The translations under genes and the position numbers were made by a program. The notes beneath the pieces were generated by a model. The model was not told the origin of the DNA, made no database searches, and saw nothing but the letters and a program-made list of their open reading frames with translations. 38,771 nt of DNA, taken from positions 1 through 38,771 of IMG/VR virus record IMGVR_UViG_3300049926_000098; one strand, written 5' to 3'. Source of the stretch: a virus (taxonomy: Duplodnaviria; Caudoviricetes). Positions 1 through 7,676 of this stretch are shown piece by piece (the first letter of the stretch is position 1; each line of letters begins with the position of its first letter).

Positions 1-2
1 AA

Positions 3-602
3 AAGATGTACACCGAGATCCAGAGCCTCGGCGTCGAAGCGTTTGGTGCCGCGGCGAAGACGATGAAGTGCTTGCAACTCGCGAACGGTTTCATCTACAC
101 CAACGACGAAGAGACCAAGTGGGTCGAGGTGCACGACGAGAAGCTCGACGCGCTGGAGTCGATCGTCGAGGAGGCGGCCGGCATGCCGGTGCTGGTGGCG
201 TATCAGTTCAAGCCGGATCTCGTGAGGTTGAAGAAGCGGTTCCCTGACGGTCTGGACCTGTCGACGAAGGAGGGCATGCGTCGCGCGATGGCCGGCGAAG
301 GGCGCCTGTGGTTCGGCCACGCAGCGAGCATGGGGCATGGCGTCGACGGGTTGCAGTACCACAGCAACATCATGGTGTACTTCGCTCACTGGTGGGACTT
401 CGAGCAGCGACTGCAGATCGTTGAGCGCATCGGTCCGATGCGCCAACTACAGGCCGGGTTCGACCGCCCCTTCTTCGTCTACAACATCGTCGCGCGTCGC
501 ACTGTCGACGAGACTGTTCTGAAGCGCATCGAGACCAAACGCTCGGTGCAAGATCTCCTGATAGAGGCAATGAAAGGAACTGAATATGCACCTGTTCTAT
601 GA
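3..602 (+). CDS. SNF2/DEAD-like helicase, C-terminal part (5' truncated by window)
   Basis: KCLQLANGFIY, EKLDALESIVE, VLVAYQF, SMGHGVDGLQ and QIVERIGPMRQ resemble the helicase C-terminal motifs of phage SNF2-like helicases; the frame is open at the window edge. Confidence 0.85.
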   Translation, partial: KMYTEIQSLGVEAFGAAAKTMKCLQLANGFIYTNDEETKWVEVHDEKLDALESIVEEAAGMPVLVAYQFKPDLVRLKKRFPDGLDLSTKEGMRRAMAGEGRLWFGHAASMGHGVDGLQYHSNIMVYFAHWWDFEQRLQIVERIGPMRQLQAGFDRPFFVYNIVARRTVDETVLKRIETKRSVQDLLIEAMKGTEYAPVL

Positions 603-1260
603 GACCTTCGTCCAGTTCGTGATCGCGTTCACCATCGGGTGGCTCGCCACTCCGACGTTGCGATGGTGCGGCCGCGCGCTCGTCGACCGCCTGATCGCAC
701 GTGCGAAACGCACGCCGTACTACGACCTGCCGGCCTATATGAACAGGTATTGGCTGGCGCCGTACAACGTGGTGGTCGAGCGCACGCTACCTCCCGAGCC
801 TGGTGATTACGCTTACAACCTGCCCGAAGCGAATCGCGAACCATGGATGTTGTACCGCCGCACCGACGGCACCGGCCTCGTCAGCTGGCGCCGACCGTTC
901 ACGCGCCTGGTCCAGATGTGCGGCATCGCGGTGCGCATCCACGAGATCCTGCGCAGCGATCTCGGCCGGCACCCACACAATCATCCGTGGTGGTACATCA
1001 CGATCATCCTGCTGGGCGGCTACTGGGAGGAGCGCTACGACGCAGCCGGCCAGCTGGTCAGCACGAAGTGGCACGGCCCGGGGTCAGTGCTGTTCCGCCG
1101 CGCGAACTCGTGGCACAAGCTGATCGTGCCGGAAGGCCAGGTCGCGACGACGCTGTTCATCACGGGCAGCAAGTCGCAGACCTGGGGGTTCAATGTCGAA
1201 GGCAAGAAGGCGCCGTACCACGAGTACCTGAACAAGCCGGAAAAGAAGGAGTTGTCATGA
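586..1260 (+). CDS. Cupin-like (double-stranded beta-helix) phage protein with N-terminal hydrophobic segment
   Basis: RSDLGRHPHNHPW...IILLGGYWE...GPGSVLFRRANSWHKL...TLFITG fits a cupin HxH...H pattern; AAGGAA RBS; overlaps helicase stop. Confidence 0.65.
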   Translation: MHLFYETFVQFVIAFTIGWLATPTLRWCGRALVDRLIARAKRTPYYDLPAYMNRYWLAPYNVVVERTLPPEPGDYAYNLPEANREPWMLYRRTDGTGLVSWRRPFTRLVQMCGIAVRIHEILRSDLGRHPHNHPWWYITIILLGGYWEERYDAAGQLVSTKWHGPGSVLFRRANSWHKLIVPEGQVATTLFITGSKSQTWGFNVEGKKAPYHEYLNKPEKKELS

Positions 1261-1808
1261 TTCAATATCTCTGCCAACGTTGCGGCCACGAGTGCGCAGG
1301 GCCGAACGCTGATTGTCCGAAGTGTGGCTCCCGCTCGTTTCGCCTCGAGACAGGTGAACGTTCACCCGTCAAAGACACCAACCCCAAAGACGCGATCGGC
1401 GACAAGAAGGCACCGCTGCACTTGCTGTCGCCGATCGCCATGCTGCACTGGTCGTTGGCCCAGTTCGCCGGACTGCTGAAGTATGGCGCATGGAATTGGA
1501 GACCGTCAGGCGTCCGGGCGTCGGTCTACATCGCCGCGATCAAGCGTCACACCGATGCCTACCTCAGCGGTGAGTACATCGACCCGGTCGACGGCAGTCA
1601 CCACCTGGGCAACGTGATGGCCTGCTGCGCGATCCTGCTGGAGGCCGAGGCTGCAGGCAACCTCACCGACGACCGACCGCCGGTGCTCGGCCACCGCACG
1701 GCGTTGACCTACGTCGAGAAGCAGATGGAGGTGCTTCGCGCTCAGTACGCCGACCGTGCGCCGCGGCACTACACCATCGCCGACGAGGACCACTTGCCAA
1801 AGCTGTAG
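1257..1808 (+). CDS. dATP/dGTP diphosphohydrolase-domain protein (DUF5664-like) with N-terminal Zn ribbon
   Basis: Start at ATG 1257 (ATGA overlap, AAGGAG RBS); CQRC..CPKC ribbon; NPKDAIGDKK..LHLL, GLLKYGAWNWR, AAIKRH, DPVDGSHHLGNVMACCAIL. Confidence 0.8.
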   Translation: MIQYLCQRCGHECAGPNADCPKCGSRSFRLETGERSPVKDTNPKDAIGDKKAPLHLLSPIAMLHWSLAQFAGLLKYGAWNWRPSGVRASVYIAAIKRHTDAYLSGEYIDPVDGSHHLGNVMACCAILLEAEAAGNLTDDRPPVLGHRTALTYVEKQMEVLRAQYADRAPRHYTIADEDHLPKL

Positions 1809-1821
1809 CGTCTGCTACACT
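1794..1821 (+). promoter_or_regulatory. Putative sigma70-type promoter with overlapping palindrome, upstream of integrase
   Basis: TTGCCA-N16-TACACT with TGn extension; palindrome TGTAGC-gtct-GCTACA at 1804-1819; ATG 6 nt downstream, no SD. Confidence 0.6.
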
Positions 1822-1827
1822 GAGCCC

Positions 1828-2949
1828 ATGAGCAAAGTCGGAGTTGATGTTCGGGAGCGGTCGATCCGCCTGCGGTTCACGCTGGATGGGTTGCCGCTTC
1901 GTCCGACGCTGCGCGATGACGACGGGCACATCATGCCGCCCACGCCCATCAACATCCGGTACGCGAGCCGCCTCGCGAACGAGATCCAGCAGCTGATCGA
2001 GTCGGGGAAGTTCGTCCTCTCGGACTATTTCCCCGACTCGGTGCGCCTGGACGGCATCTTGCTGGCCGATCACCTGGACACGTGGTTCGCGACGCTGCGC
2101 CTGGCACCATCGACGCTCGCCGCCTACGGCAGCGCGATGAACTTCTGGAAGCGCGCGCTCGGCGACCGGGTGATCACCGAGCTGATGGTCGCCGACGTGC
2201 GCACGGCGCTCGCCTCGCGCAAGGGGCTGAGCGGCAAGACGATCAACAACTACACCTCGGTGCTACGCGATGCGCTGGCGCTGGCCCTCACCGACGGCTT
2301 GCTGCAGCGCAACGTCGTTGACGACGTGACCGCCGCGAAGTGGCAACGCCAGCCGCCGGACCCGTTCTCCAAGACCGAGGTCGGCGTGATCCTGGCGGAC
2401 ATGCACGGCAACGCGCCCGGTCCGGTGTGCGACATGGTCGAGTTCTGGTTCTTCACCGGTCTGCGCACGGGCGAGCTCTTCGGTCTGCGCTGGAAGAACG
2501 TCGACCTGCGCGCCGGCACGATCGTCGTCAGCGAGTCGACGGTGATGGGCGAGCATCAGGACACGACGAAGACGGGCGTAGCCCGCACGGTGGCGCTGAA
2601 CAGCCGCGCCGCAGCAGCGCTGGAACGTCAGTCGCTGTTCAAGGGGCTCGGCGACGGATGCGTCTGGCTCATGCCGGGAACTGTGGAACCCTGGACCGAC
2701 GAGCGCGCGTTCCGCTGCGTGTACTGGGAGCCGGCGCTCGAGCGAGTCGGCGTGCGCTACCGCCGGCCGTACAACTGCCGCCACACCTATGCGACCATGA
2801 TGCTGATGGCGAACGCGACGCCCGCCTGGTGCGCACGCCAGCTCGGCCACTCGATCCAGATGTTCCTCGGGACGTACTCGAAGTGGATCGACGGCGACCA
2901 GAATTCCCGCGAACTCGCGGGCCTCGAAACGTGGCTTGCTGCGACATGA
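1828..2949 (+). CDS. int: Tyrosine recombinase/integrase with N-terminal Arm-type DNA-binding domain
   Basis: SIRLRF N-terminus; TGLRTGE (Arg), TTKTG (Lys), RPYNCRHTYAT, QLGHS, GTYSKW (Tyr). Confidence 0.92.
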   Translation: MSKVGVDVRERSIRLRFTLDGLPLRPTLRDDDGHIMPPTPINIRYASRLANEIQQLIESGKFVLSDYFPDSVRLDGILLADHLDTWFATLRLAPSTLAAYGSAMNFWKRALGDRVITELMVADVRTALASRKGLSGKTINNYTSVLRDALALALTDGLLQRNVVDDVTAAKWQRQPPDPFSKTEVGVILADMHGNAPGPVCDMVEFWFFTGLRTGELFGLRWKNVDLRAGTIVVSESTVMGEHQDTTKTGVARTVALNSRAAAALERQSLFKGLGDGCVWLMPGTVEPWTDERAFRCVYWEPALERVGVRYRRPYNCRHTYATMMLMANATPAWCARQLGHSIQMFLGTYSKWIDGDQNSRELAGLETWLAAT

Positions 2950-3437
2950 ACGAGACGCTCACGCATGCGCGCCTGCTGCAGGTGCTTAGATACGACCCCG
3001 ATACTGGTTTGTTCTGGTGGCTGGAGCGGGCACCAAAGAGAAACTTGTCGAAACCGGCGGGTAGCACAAACAGCGGTGAACTGTATGTGCGGATTGGAAT
3101 CGACGGCCAGTATTACAGGGCGCATCGGCTCGCGTGGTACTACATGACTGGTGCGTGGCCGACTCATGAGGTAGACCACGAGGACAGGAACAAGAAGAAC
3201 AACAAGTGGTTGAACTTGAGACCGGCTACGCACAAGCAAAATGCAGAGAACACTGCAGTCAGATCACACAGCAAGTCAGGAGTCAAAGGTGTGCACTACG
3301 ACAGCTCCCGCGGTCTGTGGCAGGCGTACATAAACCATTTCGGTACGCGGCGCCACCTTGGCCGTTTTGCTACCTTAAAAGCAGCACAAGCAGCGCGACA
3401 AGAAGCGGAATCCAAACTCTTCACTCACGCAAAATGA
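2946..3437 (+). CDS. HNH homing endonuclease with C-terminal AP2-like domain
   Basis: LRYDPDTGLF, YRAHRLAWYYMTG, VDHEDRNKKNNKWLNLR, SGVKGVHY..WQAYI..HLGRF; visibly lower GC than flanks; ATGA overlaps on both sides. Confidence 0.92.
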   Translation: MNETLTHARLLQVLRYDPDTGLFWWLERAPKRNLSKPAGSTNSGELYVRIGIDGQYYRAHRLAWYYMTGAWPTHEVDHEDRNKKNNKWLNLRPATHKQNAENTAVRSHSKSGVKGVHYDSSRGLWQAYINHFGTRRHLGRFATLKAAQAARQEAESKLFTHAK

Positions 3438-4051
3438 CGCCAAGCAAACTTCTTGACTGGTCCGGGCAGACCACAGTCATCCTTGCGAGCGGTCCAAGTC
3501 TCACCGACGAGCAGGTCTGGGCCGCCGACGAGTCGAAGGTTCGGTTGATCGCGATCAACAGCACTGCGTTTCGTCGGTCGGTGTTCCCAGACGTGGTGTA
3601 CGCGGGCGACTTCCTCTTCTACAAGACCCACGTGCAACAGCTCAAACTGCAGATGCCGAAGGGCAACTTCTGGACCTGCGATCGCACGGCCGCCGAGCGC
3701 TACCAGTTGAACTGGGTCAAGGGCGTGAATGCGCTGGGCCTCGGCCGCGGGCCGCGTATCCACACGAACGGGAACAGCGGCGCCCAGGCGATCAACCTGG
3801 CGTACCTGTTCGGGTGCCGGCGCATCCTGCTGCTGGGCTTCGACATGAAGCTCGGACCGAAGGGCGAAAAGCACTGGCACCTCGACCACCCGTCGCCGCT
3901 GATGCAGGGTATGTGCTTCGGGGACTGGCTTCATAAATTTAACTTCCTCGCCGTCGACCTAAAGAAGGAAGGCTGCGAGGTAGTCAACTGCACGCCGGGG
4001 AGCGCGCTGACGTGCTTCCCGATGAGCACCATCGAGAAGGAGCTGGGGTGA
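3434..4051 (+). CDS. Maf/DUF115 / CstII-like (sialyltransferase-fold) putative glycosyltransferase
   Basis: VILASGPSL, LIAIN, NSGAQAINLAYLFGCRRILLLGFDM..HWH, VVNCTPGSALTCF resemble the GNGPS / SG..A..LA..G...I.L.G.D pattern. Confidence 0.7.
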   Translation: MTPSKLLDWSGQTTVILASGPSLTDEQVWAADESKVRLIAINSTAFRRSVFPDVVYAGDFLFYKTHVQQLKLQMPKGNFWTCDRTAAERYQLNWVKGVNALGLGRGPRIHTNGNSGAQAINLAYLFGCRRILLLGFDMKLGPKGEKHWHLDHPSPLMQGMCFGDWLHKFNFLAVDLKKEGCEVVNCTPGSALTCFPMSTIEKELG

Positions 4052-4389
4052 ACGAAGTCGTCTTCAACTCCGACGGCTCGCGTAAAGAGGACGCCAACTG
4101 CGATGCGGATGGCGAACTCGTGCCGCTGGCCGAGCAGGCCAAGGCGAGCCTGATGGGCGCGCTGCGGCTGCTCGAGGAGATCGCGCGCAAGGGCGACGAT
4201 GGCGTGCACCGCCGCGCAGCGCGCGTCCAGGCCGATGGGCTCAAGGCGACGATTCGCCGCATGACCAATGGCGGCAACATCGTCGCCGATATGGAGCGCG
4301 AGCTGAAGGCACTGGCGTCCACACCTCGCAAACTCACCAGCGCCCCGAAGGCGCTCACCCACGACATCATCGATATGGACAACACATGA
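4048..4389 (+). CDS. Hypothetical protein
   Basis: GTG start overlapping the upstream TGA, AGGAG RBS, ATGA coupling to the next gene. Confidence 0.6.
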   Translation: MNEVVFNSDGSRKEDANCDADGELVPLAEQAKASLMGALRLLEEIARKGDDGVHRRAARVQADGLKATIRRMTNGGNIVADMERELKALASTPRKLTSAPKALTHDIIDMDNT

Positions 4390-5150
4390 GCATCGCAGTC
4401 ATCAAGGTTCGCAAGGAGCCGCACTACCGGCGCGCGGCCATCGAGTCCGGGCTCAAGTGCCTCGGCTACGCCATCGCCGACGAGCGCAGCAGGCCGGCCG
4501 CACCCGCCGACCTGCTCGTGCTGTGGAACAAGAAGGCCGGCGGCGAAGAGCAGGAGGCTGACGCGTGGGAGCGCGCCGGCGGCACCGTCATCGTGATGGA
4601 GAACGGGTACCTGCAGCGCACGGACAAGACCACCTACGCGATCAGCACGCATGGCCACAATGGAAGTGGCTGGTTCCCGGTCGGCGACGAGGACCGCTTC
4701 AGCAAGCTGGGCTTTGAGGTCAAGCCGTGGCGCACTTGCGAAGACGGCTACACGCTGGTGTGCGCGCAGCGCGGCATCGGCAGCTGGCTGATGGCCAGCC
4801 CGCCGCAGTGGGCCGAGAAGTTCGCGAAGAAGCTGCAGCAGGCAGGCCGCCAGGTGAAGGTGAGATCCCACCCCGGGAATTTCGCGCCGAAGACACCCCT
4901 GCTCGACGACCTCGCCGGCGCGGCTGCGGTCGCCATCTGGTCGAGCGGCGCCGGTGTGCGCGCCCTGGTCGAGGGCGTTCCGGTTCACCACGCGGCGCCG
5001 CACTGGATCTGCGAGGGTTGGAAGCTGCTCGACCGTGAGCCTGCGCTCAACCGCATGTCACACGGCCAGTGGCACCACGAGGAGATCGCCACCGGCGAGC
5101 CGTTCGCGCGCATGCGCGACGCAGGATGGGGGCCGCGGACATGGGCCTGA
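4386..5150 (+). CDS. Capsule-synthesis (KpsS/KpsC-like) GT-B putative glycosyltransferase
   Basis: VIVMENGY, LVCAQ, VRSHP, IWSSGAGVRALVEGVPV resemble the E.G / Q / HP / S..G.EAL..G.PV motifs. Confidence 0.65.
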   Translation: MSIAVIKVRKEPHYRRAAIESGLKCLGYAIADERSRPAAPADLLVLWNKKAGGEEQEADAWERAGGTVIVMENGYLQRTDKTTYAISTHGHNGSGWFPVGDEDRFSKLGFEVKPWRTCEDGYTLVCAQRGIGSWLMASPPQWAEKFAKKLQQAGRQVKVRSHPGNFAPKTPLLDDLAGAAAVAIWSSGAGVRALVEGVPVHHAAPHWICEGWKLLDREPALNRMSHGQWHHEEIATGEPFARMRDAGWGPRTWA

Positions 5151-5857
5151 TCGCATGCCCCGTGGTGGGCAAGAAGAAATCCGCCGACATCTGCGCCGCG
5201 TTCATCGCAGGTGCACCGAAGCACGCCGAGGGCTACGTGTTCTACGGCGTGAACGAGTCGAACTACGATGCTTGGCAGAAGATCAAGGCCCGCGGAGCAC
5301 CTTGGTTCGCGATCGACAATTCGTACTTCGATAGCGTGCGTGGCCAGCAGTTCCGGGTCACACGTGGTGCGTTGCAAGTCGACGCGATGGCGCACGCCAC
5401 CGACGGCAAGCGCTTCGACGCGCTGGGCTTGAAGGTCAAGCCGATCCAGATCAACGAGAAAGGCCACTTCGTGGTGATCGAGCAGTCACCCGGTTTCATG
5501 CGGATGCTGACGTCCGAGCCGAACTGGTTTGCCGCCAACGCGGCGTGGGCCAAGATCAGCGGCCGCGACGTGATCGAGCGTCGGTGGGACAACGACAAGC
5601 TCGCGCTGCAGAAGACGCTGGTTCAGGACCTGCAAGGTGCGTGGACGCTGCTCACCTACTCGTCGGCGGCCGCAGTCACCGCGTTGATCGAGGGCATCCC
5701 GTGCCTCGTGTCGCATGATTCGGCCGTTGCGCGCGTGCGCCTCTCCACCGACAATTCGGTGGACGATCGGCGCCACGCATTCGGCGTGATGGCGGACCAC
5801 CAGTGGACAATCAACGAGATGAAGGAAGGCTTGGCATGGGCAAAGGTTGGTTCGTGA
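5141..5857 (+). CDS. Second capsule-synthesis-like GT-B putative glycosyltransferase (paralog-like)
   Basis: VFYG, AIDNSYF, VVIEQSP, LLTYSSAAAVTALIEGIPCLV, QWTINEMKEG; C-terminal pattern parallels the preceding gene (QWHHEEIATG). Confidence 0.62.
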   Translation: MGLIACPVVGKKKSADICAAFIAGAPKHAEGYVFYGVNESNYDAWQKIKARGAPWFAIDNSYFDSVRGQQFRVTRGALQVDAMAHATDGKRFDALGLKVKPIQINEKGHFVVIEQSPGFMRMLTSEPNWFAANAAWAKISGRDVIERRWDNDKLALQKTLVQDLQGAWTLLTYSSAAAVTALIEGIPCLVSHDSAVARVRLSTDNSVDDRRHAFGVMADHQWTINEMKEGLAWAKVGS

Positions 5858-6375
5858 CGGACGGTCGCCCCGGCGACCGCACGCTGCAGCAGCAACTGGT
5901 TGGTCTGGACGTCGTCGACGTTCGGGACAAGACGTTGCTAGATATCGGCGCAGCCGAGGGCCTGATCTCGATCGAGATGGCCCGGCGCGGCGCGGCCGCA
6001 GTGCATGGCGTCGAGATCGTCGCCGAGCACGTGAAGGTCGGCAATCGGCTGCGCGGCGATCTGCCCGTGACACTCGAGGTCGGCGACGCCAACACCTGGG
6101 CGCCGAAGCGCAACTACGACATCGTCTTCATGCTGGCCCTGCTGCAGAAGGTCCGCGACCCGTCGGCGGTGTGCGCCCGGTTCGCCGCGGCCGCAGCGGA
6201 GACCGTGGTGTTGCGGCTGCCGCCCAAGTACGCGCCGACGATCATCGACGACCGGTCGGGCAACAAGCCGCACGACATCCACGCCGTGATGGTGCTCTGC
6301 GGGTTCCAGCAGACCGCTGTGCGGTTCGGCACCTTCGACGAGTGGATCGGTCGCTATGACCGAGTGCGCGCATGA
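5836..6375 (+). CDS. Class I SAM-dependent methyltransferase
   Basis: LLDIGAAEG motif I, VHGVE, GDAN, YDIVFMLALL; AAGGAAGG RBS. Confidence 0.85.
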   Translation: MGKGWFVTDGRPGDRTLQQQLVGLDVVDVRDKTLLDIGAAEGLISIEMARRGAAAVHGVEIVAEHVKVGNRLRGDLPVTLEVGDANTWAPKRNYDIVFMLALLQKVRDPSAVCARFAAAAAETVVLRLPPKYAPTIIDDRSGNKPHDIHAVMVLCGFQQTAVRFGTFDEWIGRYDRVRA

Positions 6376-6887
6376 GCGACGACCTCCGCCCCCTCTACCG
6401 CGAGATGGCCGCCGGTGGTGGCGCCTTCCGCGGGCTCTCCATCCTCCAGCACCGCAAGCAGATCGCGAAGCTGGCCCGGCGCATCGGCGCCCGCACGATG
6501 CTGGACTACGGCTGCGGTGCCGGCGACGCGTACAGCTCGCCGCACAAGCTGCATCGGGACTTCCTGCTCGCGCGCCAGGACGTGACGCTTTACGACCCCT
6601 CGTTCCCGAAGCACAACAAGCCGCCACGCGGCAAGTTCGACCTCGTCGTGTGCAGCGACGTGCTGGAGCACATCCCGGAAGACCAGGTCGATGCGTTCGT
6701 GCAAACGCTGTTCAGCCACACCAGCAACACGGTGTGGGCATCGGTGTGCTGTCGGCCGGCGAAGAAGTGCTTCCCGGGCACCGAGGTGAACCTGCACGTG
6801 ACGTTGCACGACTACGCGTGGTGGCACGCGAAATTCAGCGAGCACGCCGTGAACGGCCTCGCGTTCCTGCTGGTGGAGACGCCCTGA
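6372..6887 (+). CDS. Class I SAM-dependent methyltransferase
   Basis: MLDYGCGAG, LYDP, FDLVVCSDVLEHIPE, NLHVT. Confidence 0.88.
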   Translation: MSDDLRPLYREMAAGGGAFRGLSILQHRKQIAKLARRIGARTMLDYGCGAGDAYSSPHKLHRDFLLARQDVTLYDPSFPKHNKPPRGKFDLVVCSDVLEHIPEDQVDAFVQTLFSHTSNTVWASVCCRPAKKCFPGTEVNLHVTLHDYAWWHAKFSEHAVNGLAFLLVETP

Positions 6888-6908
6888 TCCGGGCGGAGGA
6901 GAGCTGAA

Positions 6909-7676
6909 ATCGGATACGGAGATACCCTGATGGCGATGGGCGAAGCGCGTGCGCTGCACCAGCGCACGAAGCAACCCGTCATGATCGTCGGTCGAGACGG
7001 ACGGCCGATCAGATCCGACCTGTTCGATGGCATCTCCTACATCATCCAGAAGCCGTCGAAGAGCGGACCGTTCCAGCGTCTTGTGAACGGCCCCGGCGTG
7101 CGCCCCTACATCGCTGGCAAGACGGACGAGCGCTGGTCGTGGCGGTTGTATAAGCCGCAGCCGGCCGAGCTGAAGTTCACCGATGCCGAGCTGGAGTTCG
7201 CCGAGAAGTACCGCGGCATGATCATGGTCGAGCCGAGCACCAAGTCGGTTGGTCACAGCAATAAGGCGTGGAGCGCGATCAACTGGCAGCAGCTCGACAG
7301 CGCGATCTGGTCGGCGGGACTGCGGCTCGGCCGGCTCGTGCAGTGTGGGCCGGGCAGCGGAACACACTGGCTGCTGCACGCGACGCCGGCCGTCACCGAC
7401 ACGTTTCGCCAGGCGCTGGCTGTGTTATCGGTGTGCCGCGCATTCATCGGCACCGAGGGTGGCCTGATGCACGGCGCGGCCGCGGTCGGTGTGCCTGGCG
7501 TCATCCTCTGGAGCGAGTTCATCTCGCCCGAGATCACGGGCTACGACATGCACCGCAATCTGCGGCACGCTGGCAAGCCCTGTGGTATGCGCACGGACTG
7601 CCCGTCGTGCCGCCAATCGATGTACACAATCTCTGTCACCGAGGTGGTGACGAACTTGAAGGAAATTTTGAAATGA
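6909..7676 (+). CDS. GT9/heptosyltransferase-like GT-B glycosyltransferase (probable ATC start at 6909; first ATG 6930)
   Basis: In-frame (I)GYGDTLM upstream of the first ATG; NKAW, FIGTEGGLMHGAAAVGVPGVILW, PCG...CPSC...ISVTEV are typical of GT9. Confidence 0.75.
   Translation: MGYGDTLMAMGEARALHQRTKQPVMIVGRDGRPIRSDLFDGISYIIQKPSKSGPFQRLVNGPGVRPYIAGKTDERWSWRLYKPQPAELKFTDAELEFAEKYRGMIMVEPSTKSVGHSNKAWSAINWQQLDSAIWSAGLRLGRLVQCGPGSGTHWLLHATPAVTDTFRQALAVLSVCRAFIGTEGGLMHGAAAVGVPGVILWSEFISPEITGYDMHRNLRHAGKPCGMRTDCPSCRQSMYTISVTEVVTNLKEILK

Noticed and set aside
843-1256. N-terminal extensions in the ORF track (843, 1756, 2340, 3206, 5069, 7268, 8975, 26074, 27767 starts)
   Set aside because: They overlap real upstream genes; better starts with SD or ATGA coupling lie downstream
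2760-2800. Integrase has YNCR instead of canonical HxxR, suggesting inactivation
   Set aside because: Tyr at this position is seen in Arm-domain phage integrases, and the other catalytic residues are intact
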